DNA of 64,000 bases from Octopus vulgaris (lineage: Eukaryota), in the NCBI GenBank assembly GCA_951406725.2, contig OX597832.1, positions 24,118,001 to 24,182,000 on the forward strand. The letters are read 5' to 3'. Shown one piece after another: positions 47,846-60,459 of this stretch. The notes under the pieces were generated by a model. That model made no database searches. It was not told the origin of the DNA and saw only the letters and a program-made list of their open reading frames with translations. A program made the position numbers and the translations under genes. Within the stretch, counting starts at the first letter, position 1, and every line of letters starts with the position of its first letter.

Positions 47846-48592
47846 AACACAAACACTGTGTGTGGGTCAGTGTGTGTGTGTGTGTGTGTTTGCATGTGTA
47901 TGTATATATGTGTGTGTATGCATGTGTATATATGTATGTATGTGTGTGCATCTGTATGTACGTATCCTACATGTTTATGTGCTTGCATGTCTGTGTTTGT
48001 GTATTTTCTATGTATGTGTGTGTGTGTGTGTGAGCATGTGTTTGTATATGTATGCACCTCTGTCTCCTTGTGTGTGCATGTCTGTGTGTGTGTGTATGTG
48101 TGTGTTACGCAACTATGTACCATGTTTGTATGTAAGGATGTGCATCTTTATATGTGTGAATCTGTCAAATTTCCCAGCAAAATTTCATGTTACGTTTCAA
48201 ACACCAGCTTAATAACAACAATGTTATTTTACTAAATTCTTCGTTATCTTCAAAGTAATTAAAACAAAAGAAATGTATTTCTATAGAAATATAATAATGA
48301 ATGTTTAATCCTTTTGGTGCCAATTTGCCTTAGACTGTCTCTGATTCCATGTTCTAAAGTGATCTCACCATAAAGTGATCTACATTAACCCTTTTGATTC
48401 CAACCTGCCCGAGACCACCCTAGATTCTGTGACCTAAACTTACTGCTTTAAAGTGGTCTAAATTATAATCTTCCATCAAAATTACTGACCCTGTGCCAAA
48501 AAATCAGGAAGAATTATTATTTGTATTAGTTTTTTATGAACTGATTATGTCTTGTGCCGTGTATTTATATTATTTGATATTTCTATTCCCAG

Positions 48593-48716
48593 AGATGATG
48601 AATGTTCAGAAAACTGCAAAGCTCGACGAAGAGATACCGAAAATGATCTGAAACAGTTGCGGAGAGAATTAAAGATCAGAGAAGAACAGTTTAGACAGGT
48701 AGAAAGAGAAGTACAG
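48593..48716 (+). CDS. MACO1: Macoilin coding exon I (coiled coil)
   Basis: ttcccag|A...GTACAG|gtaac; DDECSENCKARRRDTENDLKQLRRELKIREEQFRQVEREVQ. Confidence 0.92.
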
Positions 48717-49304
48717 GTAACTAATGTCTTCCTAAATCTCTTGTTTGTTGCTGTTTGGGCCCCAGGTTAAACGTGGTGGTGGAGGGCAGACATATGGATC
48801 AAAGATATTCTTGCTAAGAAAAAAAGAATCCCATCTTTTCAGACGTAGGTATTCTATGACCAGATTGCTCTTTCTGTTGCCAACCTTCAACTGTTTCCAA
48901 GCAACGGTTTCTTTTAGCTAGACATGTTTTTGGGGGAAGACTGGAAACAGACATCATCATTTGTATGGTAGTAATGCTCCATTACAACCATTACATGATG
49001 TCGGCCCAAGGACACACGGACACACACACACACACACAGAAGTCTGGTGCAATCTTCTGCCTGGCCAGCTCCTGTCAAACCATCATGGAAAGCGGATGTC
49101 AAACGATGATGATACACACACATATACAATGAGCTCCTTCCAGTATCCATCTACCAAATCTACACACAAGGTTGGCCCAGGATTGTAGTAGAAGACATTT
49201 ACTCAAGGTGCCATACTGTGGGACTGAACTCAAAACCACATGGTTGGGAAGCAAATTTCTTACCACATAGCCATGATTATGCCTATGATTATGTAAAAGA
49301 ATAT

Positions 49305-50035
49305 CATCATCATCATCGTTTAATATCCACTTTCCATGCTGGCATGGGTTGGACGGCTTTACTGAGGGCTGGCAAGCCAGGAGGCCACACCAGGCTCCAA
49401 TCTGATCTGGCAAGGTTTCTATACCTGGATGCCTTTCCTCAAGCCAACCACTCCAAGAGTGTAGGGGTGCTTTTTATGTGCCACTGGCACAGGAGCCAGT
49501 CAGGCAGCACTGGCATCGGCCACATTCGGATTTTATGTGCTACTGGCACAAGAGCAAGTCAGTTTGGGGAGGGGGCTGGCATTGACCACGTTTGGATGGT
49601 GCTTTTTACATTCCACTGGTACGGGGAGCCAGTCAGGTGACGCTGGCAACGACCCACACATGAATGGTGCTTATTGTGTGCCACCAACACGAGAGCCAGT
49701 CAGGTGGCACAATGGTGCTTATTGCGTGCCACCAACACGAGAGCCAGTCAGGTGGCACAATGGTGCTTATTGCGTGCCACCAGCACGAGAGACAGTCAGG
49801 TGGCACAATGGTGCTTATTGCATGTCACCAGCACAAGAGCCAGTCAGGCCACAACTACAATTTCCATTTTTGATTTTACTTGACTCAATAGGTCTCCCTA
49901 AGCACAGTTTGTTGCCTGCCGATTCAAAGGTACTTTTTAAATGGGCTGGTTATGCAACACCGGTATAGGCTAGGGCTGTGATCTCACTTTACTTGCCGGG
50001 CCCTCTCAATCACAGCATACCTCCAGAGGCCTCAG
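49305..50035 (-). mobile_element. RTE 3'-end copy including the ORF stop and a 48-bp tandem (4 units at 49662-49850)
   Basis: Minus-strand AVIERARQVK* matches AVLEKTQQAK* of the 2070-2900 copy; unit aatggtgcttattgcgtgccaccaacacgagagccagtcaggtggcac. Confidence 0.8.
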
Positions 50036-50124
50036 ATATTAAAAAACGAAATTTGATTCACACTAAAGACAAAAATTCATTCCACAGTTACAAGACGAAA
50101 ATGGTTTTCTTTTTGCAATTTCAG

Positions 50125-50299
50125 AATCTTCGTCAATACAAAGAAAGCCAGAGTGAGTCAGAAATTTTAATGTCAGCACTTGCGGCAATGCAAGACAAAA
50201 ATACACACCTGGAAAACAGCCTGAGCGCAGAAACCCGATTAAAATTGGATTTATTTTCTGCACTTGGGGAAGCTAAACGGGAAATTGAAATTCTGAAAA
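50125..50299 (+). CDS. MACO1: Macoilin coding exon J
   Basis: tttcag|AAT...AAAA|gtaagt; NLRQYKESQSESEILMSALAAMQDKNTHLENSLSAETRLKLDLFSALGEAKREIEILK, containing the conserved LENSLSAETRxKLDLFSALG motif. Confidence 0.96.
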
Positions 50300-50344
50300 G
50301 TAAGTACATTGTAACCTGTCCCTTTTTTATTTATTTATTTATTA

Positions 50345-50651
50345 CTAGCGGTATCGCCCGTCGTTGCTCGGGTTTGTAAGGGAAATAACTATATAAGCAT
50401 TTTTAGAGAGTTACTTCCCTTATATAACGCGAGCAAAAATCATTAAAAATGCGGAAAAATTATGGTAAATTTTTTTTTAAATCGTAGACTCATTGTAGAC
50501 ACGCGCTAATACCCAGAAGGGCTCGATATGAATGACGACTGTAAGATACCCGCTTTTGGTTAAACTGCACCGCAAAATGTGGGAGTAGTTAGGAATCTAA
50601 ATCGGAGGAGACAGAGACTCACACACACAACTTCAATTTTATATATAAAGA
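50345..50651 (-). mobile_element. Non-autonomous Helitron, same family as 13976-14373
   Basis: Minus strand: A|TCTTTATATATAAAA ... cccgagcaacgacggg hairpin ... CTAG|T. Confidence 0.8.
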
Positions 50652-50944
50652 TTTATTTAACCCTTTAGCATTCAAATTATTCTCTCAAATGTTCTGCTTT
50701 TTCATTCATATTGTTTTTAATTAGTATTGTGTGTAGCCCCTTGTGGGCAGTAAAGAAATAAGATGATGAAAGGTTAGAGTATAGCAAAGAGAATGAGAGA
50801 GAGAGAGAGCCATAAACAGGTGTTTTTGCTATAGAGGAGGTACATGGTTACAAGAGAGAGGTAACAAGGAAAGTGAAAAGGAATTTTGAGAGGAGATGGG
50901 GGTCATTGGAGAAGGTGATCTTGTGTCAGATGATAAAAGGTTAA

Positions 50945-51199
50945 GGCGGCGAGCTGGCAGAAATTAAGGCCGTGAGCTGGCAGAAACGTTAGCATGCCGG
51001 GCGAAATGCTTAGCAGTATTGCGTCTGCCACTGCGTTCTGAGTTCAAATTCCGCCGAGGTCAACTTTGCCTTTCATCCTTTCGGGGTCGATTAAATGAGC
51101 ACCAGTTACGCACTGGGGTCACTGTAATCGACTTAATCCGTTTGTCTGTCCTTGTTTGTCCCTCTCTGTGTTTAGCCCCTTGTGGGTAGTAAAGAAATA
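50945..51199 (+). mobile_element. SINE family B with duplicated head and TSD
   Basis: aaggc..gagctggcagaaa occurs twice; flanks agatgataaaaggtta / agatgatgaaaggtta. Confidence 0.85.
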
Positions 51200-51230
51200 A
51201 GATGATGAAAGGTTAGAGTGTGACAAAGAG

Positions 51231-51264
<34 letters not shown>

Positions 51265-51488
51265 CCAGAAACAGGTGTCTTGCTATAGAGGAGGTACATG
51301 GTTACCTGACCAGAGAGAGAGAGAGGTAACAAGAAAAGTGAAAAATTCAATCATAGTAATTTTAATTTTTAAATTTTTTTTCTTTTTTTAAATTTTTTTT
51401 TACCTGGCCAGAGAGAGAGAGAGGTAACAAGAAAAGTGAAGAAATTCAATCATTAATTTTAATTTTTCTTTTTTTTTCTCTTCTCCAG

Positions 51489-51703
51489 ATATTGTACAGA
51501 AAAAAGAATTGGAAATTACAGACATAAAATCCAAAATGGCAGAAGCGATGGCACTGCTACCATCAACCAACACATTCAACGGTCTTCATACATCTACAGA
51601 ATCGTCTCCACTCTTCACCAGCAAATACGCCAAGGAAGATGTGATTGTGAAATCAAACCTGAATCCTCACGCCAAAGACTATGCACCGAAAACAACCATT
51701 TGA
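51489..51703 (+). CDS. MACO1: Macoilin last coding exon K, ending at TGA
   Basis: ctccag|AT ATT GTA CAG...; (N)IVQKKELEITDIKSKMAEAMALLPSTNTF...SNLNPHAKDYAPKTTI*. The 11 exons total 1777 nt, i.e. 1 + 592 codons, so the frame is consistent end to end. Confidence 0.93.
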
Positions 51704-52249
51704 AATCTTCAACACTCCTTTGCTTCGGCGGCCTCTCTGCCGCCACAACAACAACAACACACACACACATAAATATACACACACGTACACTCAGACATGC
51801 ATACTTTTTTTTTTTTTTTTTTTATGTTGCGCAGCTCTTTTGGAATTGAAGCTTGTCTATGAAGCTGCAATTGTTCGCCTGCCTGTCTTCATGTTGGTTT
51901 ACCATCGGTGTGCTTCTCAAAACCTGTAAGAGGATCCACACCCCACACCCCCTCCGTTCTGTTGTCGAATTTTTTTTTGTTGTTTTCCTTTTGTTTTTTT
52001 TTTCTGTTAATTCCTTAGCAGAGTTCTTGTGGGTTATTTTCTTTCTTTTCTTTTTTTTGTTTTTTTCTTTTTTGTCTTTTGGTGTACCTTTAGGTCTTTG
52101 ATGCTCCTTAGATTTGATCCAAATCGGTGCTATCTATGTTTGCTTCTTCCTGCCCACCCACCCCAACCCCCAACCTCCAATCCACACTACTGTTGTTAGA
52201 ACTTTCCATCTTCCCTCTTTAACACACACACACACACACACATACACTT

Positions 52250-52900
52250 CTCTATCTATCTACTTTAGTGCAATCCACCATCTGTCTATCGTTACCTACC
52301 ATCTCTGTATCTATCTGTCTACTCTAAAGCTATCCACTATCTCTCACTATCTACCATCTGTCCATCTAGCTATCTATGTAATTTAAAGCCATCCATCATC
52401 TGTCTATTTATCTATCTCTCTACTTTAGCACAATTTGCTATCTGTCTGTCTATCGCTGTCTACCATCTGCTTATCTATCTATCTACTCTAAAGCTATCTA
52501 CCATCTGTCTCTCTATCTATCCACTGATCTATCTATCTATCTATCTATCTACTCTTAAGCTATCTAACATCTGTCTCTCTATCTATCCACCGATCTATCT
52601 AACTATCTATCTATCTATCTATCTACCTGCCTACTTACCTACCTACCTACCTACCTACCTATCTGTCTATCTATCTATCTGTCTACCTACTCTAAAGATA
52701 TCTACCTATCTATCCAACGATCTCTATCTATCTATTTACTCTAAAGCTATCTACCATCTGTCTATCTCTTTCTCGCTGTCTCTTATCTATCTCTCTTTGT
52801 CAATTTATCTATCTGTTTATATCTCTCTTTGTCAATTTATCTATCTGTTTATATTTCTCTTTATCTATCTGTACCTCACTCTCTTTCTCTCTCATATAAT
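52250..52900. repeat. Complex (CTAT)n/(CCTA)n tetranucleotide repeat
   Basis: Seen directly; recurring actctaaagctatc spacer. Confidence 0.9.
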
Positions 52901-54974
52901 TTCTCTCTGCTTAAATTACATAGTCTCTCTCTATCTCTCTCTCTCTCCTCCTCCCAGCCACCACTTAAATCTTTCATCTCTACGCAATTCTTACATATTC
53001 GATATCAGTTTAATTCCTTCCTTTATTCATCCTTATTACTTTACAGTTTCTTCCATATTTCTCAATGAGACACCTGCTAATTTCCTTAATCCACCCCTCC
53101 ACCTCCATTTGCAATTTAAAATCTTTTAATCTGCTCCATTCTTCCTTCTCAACACACACTATTTCTTTCTTTTTTCTTTTGATAAATAATTCATAATAAT
53201 TCTATGTCTTCTCTTATCGTATTTTACCTTCATTCTCTTCCAAATATACACATGAGATTCTCTGTCCACATAAATACCTGTACAAAAGACGGTATGCTAA
53301 ACAACCTTTTAAATCTAGCTGTAGAAACTAATTTGTGAAGACAAGATAGGTAAAGACAAGTAAATTAATTTAATTTGCATATAAATATTACATAAGTTAA
53401 TTTCAAAGCAATGAGTTTGCATCTCATCATGTCCCAAGAGTAGAAACTAGTTTTGAGACAATTTAAGGAATTTTAGACAGATTTATTTAATTTGCATAAA
53501 TTATTAACTTTGAAGTGATAAGGCTCATCCCATCCCACCCCCATTCAACTTTAGGTCCTTAGGTAAATTTTTTATTTTTTTTATTATTGTTATTATTTAG
53601 TGTAAGTTGGCGAGCTGGCAGTCGTTAACACACTGGGCGAAATGCTTAGTAGATTTTTTTTTTTTTTGACCCTTGCTCTTTACGTTTCTGAGTTCAAATC
53701 CTGCCAAGTTCATCTTTGTCTTTTCGTCCTTTCAGGGTGGGTAAGGTGGAATGTAGGTGGCGATCAGTAAAACCGAACCCCAGTCGGGTACTGGGGGGTG
53801 GGTCGATATTATCGACCTGCTCCTTTCTGCCCTTCAAAATTTGCTGGCCTTGTGCCAAAATTAAAAAGAATCATTATATTTTACAAGTTTTTTGAGAAAT
53901 AGTGAAACATTTCTTTCTTTCCAAGTCCTTCAGTTAACAAGTGGTGCCATTAGACCGATTCCTCCCAAATTCTAATTACAATACAATATATCCTACACGA
54001 TGCTTCCTAGTAATTATTCCATTATAATTCCAACGTTGAAATAGTTTGTGTAGAACAAATCTTGGTTGTAAAGAATTCCTCTGCTTCCTTTTTCTTCTTT
54101 TTTTTTTTTCCTCTCTATTTTTCCGTCCACACAAGTCACTCTCTTTCACTTTTTAAGTTCCACTTTCTTTCTTTTCTTTTTTTTTTTTTTTTTTATTTGA
54201 CCTTTCTTTCGTTTGTTTAGCGTACACTTTCTCCTTTACTGTTTAACGATCAAAGAAATTAAGTATTTCAATATTCTGTCACTTCGATTCGATATTCTTT
54301 CGTTAAGGAAAAGAAAAATTAAAAATTAAAAAAAAAAAAAGAAAACAAACTAAACCAACCCCCCCCCAAAAAAACAAAAAACTAAGCTGCTGAATTTTTT
54401 TTGATTTTTTTTTGATTATTTTTTTTTTTTGTTCCGTTCTGTTAAGATAAGCACTTCCTGGTTTACCGATGCACTGAGCGTTTCAAATTTAATTTCTGCG
54501 GGCCTCTTGTTTGTATCTGTAATGTCCGTGCAAGTTTGCATCTCATCTTCACATTTAAAAAAAAAAAAGGAAACCCCCTCCCCACAAAAAAAAAAAAAAA
54601 CGAACAAATACTTACCAATTTTTTTTAAAATCCCTTTTTTTTGTGTTTTTTTAAAAATTTCTTTAAAGACCAAGAAACTGTGGCATCTAGCTTAACTTTG
54701 TAGATTTTAATTTCTTCAACAAGTCAGCTGTTATTTTTAGGTTTCCAGTATTTAAACTGCTTATTTATTGAAATTATGCAGCATTTTAATTCTATTGGGA
54801 ACCGTGTGATGAAACAGTGTCTTGTAGTAAAGTTTCCGACCATCCTATTTATTGCACTCAGATGCTGCTGCTACTACTACTACTACTACTACTACTACCT
54901 AGTTACATTGAAAATCCTGACTTAACCAAAAGGGCTGTCATCTGTAGATGACCCTTCTGTCAGTCATCTTACTA

Positions 54975-55465
54975 CCAGTGGTACCCTTATATCTGGTGGT
55001 ACCCATAAATCTGGTGATACCCTTACATCTTGTGGTACCCATATATTTGGTGGTTTCCTTATATCTTGTGGTACCCTTGTATCTCATGGTACCCATATAT
55101 CTGGTGGTACCCTTGTATCATGGTACCCATAAATCTGGCGGTACTCATATCTTGTGGTACCCATATATTTGGTGGTTTCCTTATATCTTGTACCCCTATA
55201 TCTGGTGGTACCCTTGTATCTCATGGTACTCTTATATCTTGTGGTACCCATATATTTGATGGTTTCCTTATATCTTGTGGTACCCATATATTTGGTGGTT
55301 TCCTTATATCTTGTGGTACCCATATATCTGGTGGTGCCCTTGTATCTCATGGTACCCATATATCTGGTAGTACCCTTGTGACTCATGGTACCCATATATT
55401 TGGTGGTACCCATATATCTGGTGGTACCTTCCAGTTTTGTGGCACCCTTCTTTCTGGTGGTACCT
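54975..55465. repeat. 18-bp minisatellite (~27 units), tggtacccatatatctgg-like
   Basis: GGTACC recurs about every 18 nt and produces the spurious LVVPLY / MGTTRY repeat ORFs. Confidence 0.9.
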
Positions 55466-55919
55466 TCTGTTACATTACATCTATCTAACTACTGAAGGAA
55501 TTTTTATTTAGACTCATGTAATTTGCAAATATTGAATTCCACCCCCGCCCCACCCCCTCGAAAATTTTAATTTCATAGACTTCTAACCATAAAATAATTT
55601 CCCCAGAGTTTCGACACGTGTTTAGCTAGGGATGACATTTTAGTTAGTTTTACTGGGTTTTACAAAGGAATTTCGTTTTTATCATCTGTGTGTAGATGCT
55701 TAATTTTTTTTTTTTTTTTTTTTTTACAAAATTTTTTCTTCTAAATTTTACATAGATGAACTCTTTTTTTTTTTTTTTTTTTTCTTATAGCTTACTTTAA
55801 AGTTCAGGGACTGAAATATTTATTTATTCTCTGTTAATTCTAATTTACGAAGGAAAAAGTTATTTTCCATTGGCTGATTAAAAAAATTTGATTTACCTTA
55901 TTAGGCTTCTTAAATAGTT

Positions 55920-56162
55920 GTTATTATTATTATTATTATTATTAATATGGTGGCAAGTTGACAGAATCATTAGCACAGCGGGCAAAATGCTTGGCTGCAG
56001 TTCGTCTGTCCTTATGTTCTGAGTTCAAATTCCGCCGAGGTCAACTTTGCCTTTCATCCTTTCAGGGTCGATTAAATAAGTACCAGTTGTGTACCGGGAT
56101 CGATGTAATCGACTTGGTCCCCTACCCCCAAAATTTCAGGCCTTGTGCCTATAGCAGAAAAG

Positions 56163-56210
<48 letters not shown>

Positions 56211-56436
56211 GTTAAGGTGGTGAGCTGGTAGAATTGTTAGCACGTCGGACTAAGTGCTTAGTGGCATTTCGTCTGTCTTTACATTCTGAGTTCAAATGCC
56301 GCTGGGGTCAGTTTTTACCCTTCATCCTTTTACAGTCAATAAAATAGGAACCGGTTAAGCACAGTGGTGGGGGTCAGTGTAATCTGCTAGGTCCCCACCC
56401 TTGAAACTTCAGGCCATGTATCTATAATAAAAAAGG

Positions 56437-56469
<33 letters not shown>

Positions 56470-57085
56470 GAAGGTGGCAGAATTGTTAGCATGTCGAACA
56501 GAATGCTTCGCAGCAATTCTTGTGGTTTTTTTACATTCTGAGTTCAAATACCACCTAGGTCGACTTTGACTTTCATTCTTTCAGGGGTCAATAAATTAAG
56601 TATCAGTGGAACACTGGGGGTCAATGTAATTGACTATCCCCCTTCTCCAAATTTTGGGCCTTGTACTTTTAGTAGAAAGGATTATTATTATTATTATTAA
56701 GGTGGTAGCACAATGGACAAAATGCTTAGCGACATTTTGCCTGTCTTTACGTTCTGAGTTCAAATTCCTCCAAGGTTGACTTTGCCTTTCATCCTTTTAG
56801 TGGGGGTCGGTAAAATAAGTACTAATTGGGCATTGGGGTCAATGCAATTGACTTAACCCCTCCCCCAAAATAGCTGGCCTCGTGCCAAAATATGAAATCA
56901 TATTATTATCATTATGATTATTATTCCGCCAAGGTCGACTTTACCATTCATCCTTTCGGGGGTCGATAAATTAAGTACCAATGAAACACTGGGGTCGATG
57001 CAGTCGACTAGTCCCCTCTCCCCGCAAAAAATTTCAGGCCTTGTATCTTTAGTAGAAAGGATTATTATTATCATTGTTATTATTT
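55920..57085 (+). repeat. Train of ~5 diverged SINE family B variants separated by (TTA)n
   Basis: Copies start near 55947, 56215, 56470, 56700 and 56925, mostly ending ...aggccttgt...agaaaggattattatt. Confidence 0.85.
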
Positions 57086-58016
57086 CCCCCTTTCTTCTTT
57101 TCATAATTCCGTCTTAAATGTTAGGAACAATGTAAATGTACGAGTGAATGAAAATATTTGGTTTTTTTATATATAGTTAAATATAAATGATGATCTCAAA
57201 CAAATCAGGTTAGAACTTAAAAAAAAAGAAGAAAAACACAATAAATGATGACAATAACAGTCACAAAACAATGTGATATCTTTAAAGTTGTAGGATGTAT
57301 GTGTGTCTGTATGTTTGTGTGTGTCTGTGTGTTTGTGCGTGTCTGTGTGTTTGTGCGTGCATTATATTTGTGCAAAAATAGAAGAAACGAAAAAATATGA
57401 AACTTAAAAAAACTGAAATGTTTTTTTTTTTTTTTTTTTAAATTTTTAAATCAGTCCTTGGTTTAGTGTTTCGTTGTCATCTGTTGCTTAGCGATTTTGT
57501 AGCAAGAAAAAAAACTGCACAGATTTAAGGTATCGCACTCCGGTTAAACCACTGGAACGGGCAAGGCTAGCAACTTCAATTTCAGCTACTATGTAAAAAA
57601 AAAAAAAAAAAAACCAACAAAAAAAATACAAAAATACTACAGTTACAATAAAGAAAAACGAAAAAGGAAAGAATAAATTGAAAAGCATAAAAAATAAAAC
57701 AACCCTGGTCTTCAAATATGTTTGTAGCAAATAATGTTGCTTCATCTAGTTCAATGTGTTATGTTTGATTGGACATTACAAAAGAAAAACAAAAAAATAT
57801 ATATATACATACATATATATATATATATATGTGGCCATTGCCAATTCTGTGGGATTTAGGACAGATGAGCGTTTGTCTCTCTCTGCTCCCTCCCTCTCCC
57901 TCCCAGCTTTACTGACCCTGACTAATAAAAAGAAAAAGTCACTTGCCTCCTGCCGGATGGTCTCTGCTCTCATGCATGTAGCTCATGTTGCTACAGCATG
58001 ACTGATGACCACAGTC

Positions 58017-58065
58017 AATAAAACAAGGCGTTCTCCATGTGCAGTTTTGTGTTGGTGTTCCTTTT
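58017..58065 (+). promoter_or_regulatory. Candidate polyadenylation signal of macoilin (would imply a 3' UTR of about 6.3 kb)
   Basis: AATAAA at 58017-58022 followed by CA and a GU/U-rich tract (gttttgtgttggtgttcctttt). Other AATAAAs exist (e.g. ~57672, 59048), so the call is not unique. Confidence 0.35.
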
Positions 58066-58161
58066 TCGTCTTTTATTGTTTTGTTAATTTATAATATGTG
58101 TGTGTATATATATGTATGTACATACACATGTATTTTATAAAACAATGCAAACTACAAGTTA

Positions 58162-58757
58162 TCAGTAAATATTGATATCAAATTCATTGCTTAATTTTTA
58201 AAGATTTTGTGAATAGATGGAGTGGTAAATTTTGTCTCTTTTTGTTGTTGTTGTTAGACTGCACAGAAATGCCTCATTCAACTTGCAGCCATAATCTACT
58301 TTTGCATACAAGATCTGAGATTTTCTAAACATGTAGACACTTTAAAAAATATCTGTTACATGATTGCAACTGTGTTTCTCAATGTGTCTACATTTCGTGA
58401 AAATTCCAGATCTCACATTCAGAAAGAGATCATGATTGTGATTTTTAAGGATGAGACATTCAGTAAATATTGATATCAAATTCATTGCTTAAGTAGTAAA
58501 GATTTTGTGAACAGATGGAGTGGTAAATTTTGTCTCTTTTTGTTGTTGTTAGACTGTACAGAAATGCCTCATTCAACTTGCAACTCTAATCTACTTTTGT
58601 ATACAAGATCTGAGATTTTCTAAAAATGTAGACATTTCAAAAAATATCTGTTACATGATTGCAACTGTGTTTCTCAATGTGTTTACATTTCATGAAAATT
58701 TCAGATCTCACATTCAGAAAGAGATCATGATTGTGATTTTTTTAAAGATGAGACATT
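58162..58757. repeat. Tandem duplication of 298 bp
   Basis: tcagtaaatattgatatcaaattcattgcttaa...gatgagacatt starts at 58162 and again at 58460; few substitutions. Confidence 0.93.
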
Positions 58758-59204
58758 ATTCTGCTGTCCAAAAGAAAATAAACAGGAAGAAAATTCTTTA
58801 ATCCATCATTTGCAAAATTTTTGTTGAGTAAACAATGGGTTTCACAAATGGTTATTGTGGTGTGAAATTTGAAGTTACCACCACTGTATAACTTGTAGTT
58901 TGTATATAGAATTTACTCTACATTTTTGCATCAAGTTTCATGTATTTATTTCACATTTAATCATGCATTATATGCTCATACATATGTAGATGATGTTTGG
59001 GAAAGTCACTATGCAGTTACGTTTTCATTAACATATAAGTCACAAGAAATAAAGAAGGGATTATGATTGGATTCTATAAAAGATGTTGGGAGTAAAATCC
59101 TTTTGCATCCGTACAGGTATGGGCATAGGATCCATGTTTTATTCTATTTATAAAAGTGCTGCACAGTGACTTTACAAATATTTTCTCTGTATGTATATGT
59201 ATAT

Positions 59205-59572
59205 TCTTTTATTTGTTTCAGTCATTTGACCGTGGCCATGCTGGAGCACTGCCTTTAGTCGAGCAAATCGACCCTAGGACTTATTTTTTGTAAGCCTAGT
59301 ACTTATTTTATCGGTCTCTTTTGCTGAACCACTAAATTACGGGGACATAAACACACCAGCATCGGTTGTCAAGCGATGTTGGGAGGACAAACACACACAC
59401 ACACATATATGACGAACTTCTTTCAGTTTCTGTCTACCAAATCCCCTCACAAGTCTTTGGTCGGCCCAAAGCTATAGTAGAAGATACTTGCCCAAGGTGC
59501 CGCACAGTGGGACTGAACCCAAAACCATGTGGTTCGTAAGCAAGCTACTTACCACACAGCCGCTCCTACGCA
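59205..59572 (-). mobile_element. SINE family A
   Basis: Reverse complement of the consensus. Confidence 0.88.
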
Positions 59573-59574
59573 CC

Positions 59575-59605
<31 letters not shown>

Positions 59606-60459
59606 ATTGTAGTCAGCTGAAATCATTGTGATACAGAAGTAAAATAACAAATAATGAAGACAGGAAACTATTTCAGAGTTAATATGAGTTTCAAATTTTG
59701 GCCTGAAGCCAGCAGTTTTGGAGAAGCAGGTAAGTCGAATGTGTCGACCCCGAAAGAATGAAAGGCAAATCTGAGATCAATGGAATTTGAACTCAGAATG
59801 TAAAGACAGACGAAATACCTATTTCTTTACTATCCACAAGGGACTAAACAAAGAGAGGACAAAGGGATTAAGTCAATTATATCGACCCTGACTCCGAAAG
59901 GATGAAAGGCAAAGTTGACCTTGGCAGAATTTGAACTCAGAATGTAGCGGCAGATGAAATACTGCTAAGCATTTTGCCCAGCACACTAATGATTCTTCCA
60001 GCTTGTTGCCTTAATTTTCAAAGTTTCTATTGTTGGCAAGTTGCCCACTGATGCTGATATTTGCTGAGAATTCTGAATTATTAAAACAGAAGAATTTTAA
60101 TGTCGTAGGCAGTATTCTTTCATCATATATCTCTGCTCCGATGCACATCAATACATTTTCAGTGAGATGGTACTGAAATAATAAACAATTCTTAGAAGGC
60201 TTAATGAAACAAAAATCATTTATTACTGGAGGAATTGGTGATACATTCTGAAATATGGCATAAAAGAGTCTCAGGTGAACATAAGAAAAAGTTGAGCTCC
60301 TGGTTATAGAATTACAAATCCAGACAAATGTGCATGGGTCATATTAAAAGTCGTAACTGCATAATATATGAATGTGACACAAAATGTAAAGAATGTGGAA
60401 CGTGATAACATTCCAGCCCTCCGTAAACTTAATTTTAGAGCGTTCTTCCATTAGATATA

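Noticed and set aside
54948-55488. LVVPLY / MGTTRY repeat proteins
   Set aside because: They arise from an 18-bp minisatellite that is open on both strands; no exon structure.
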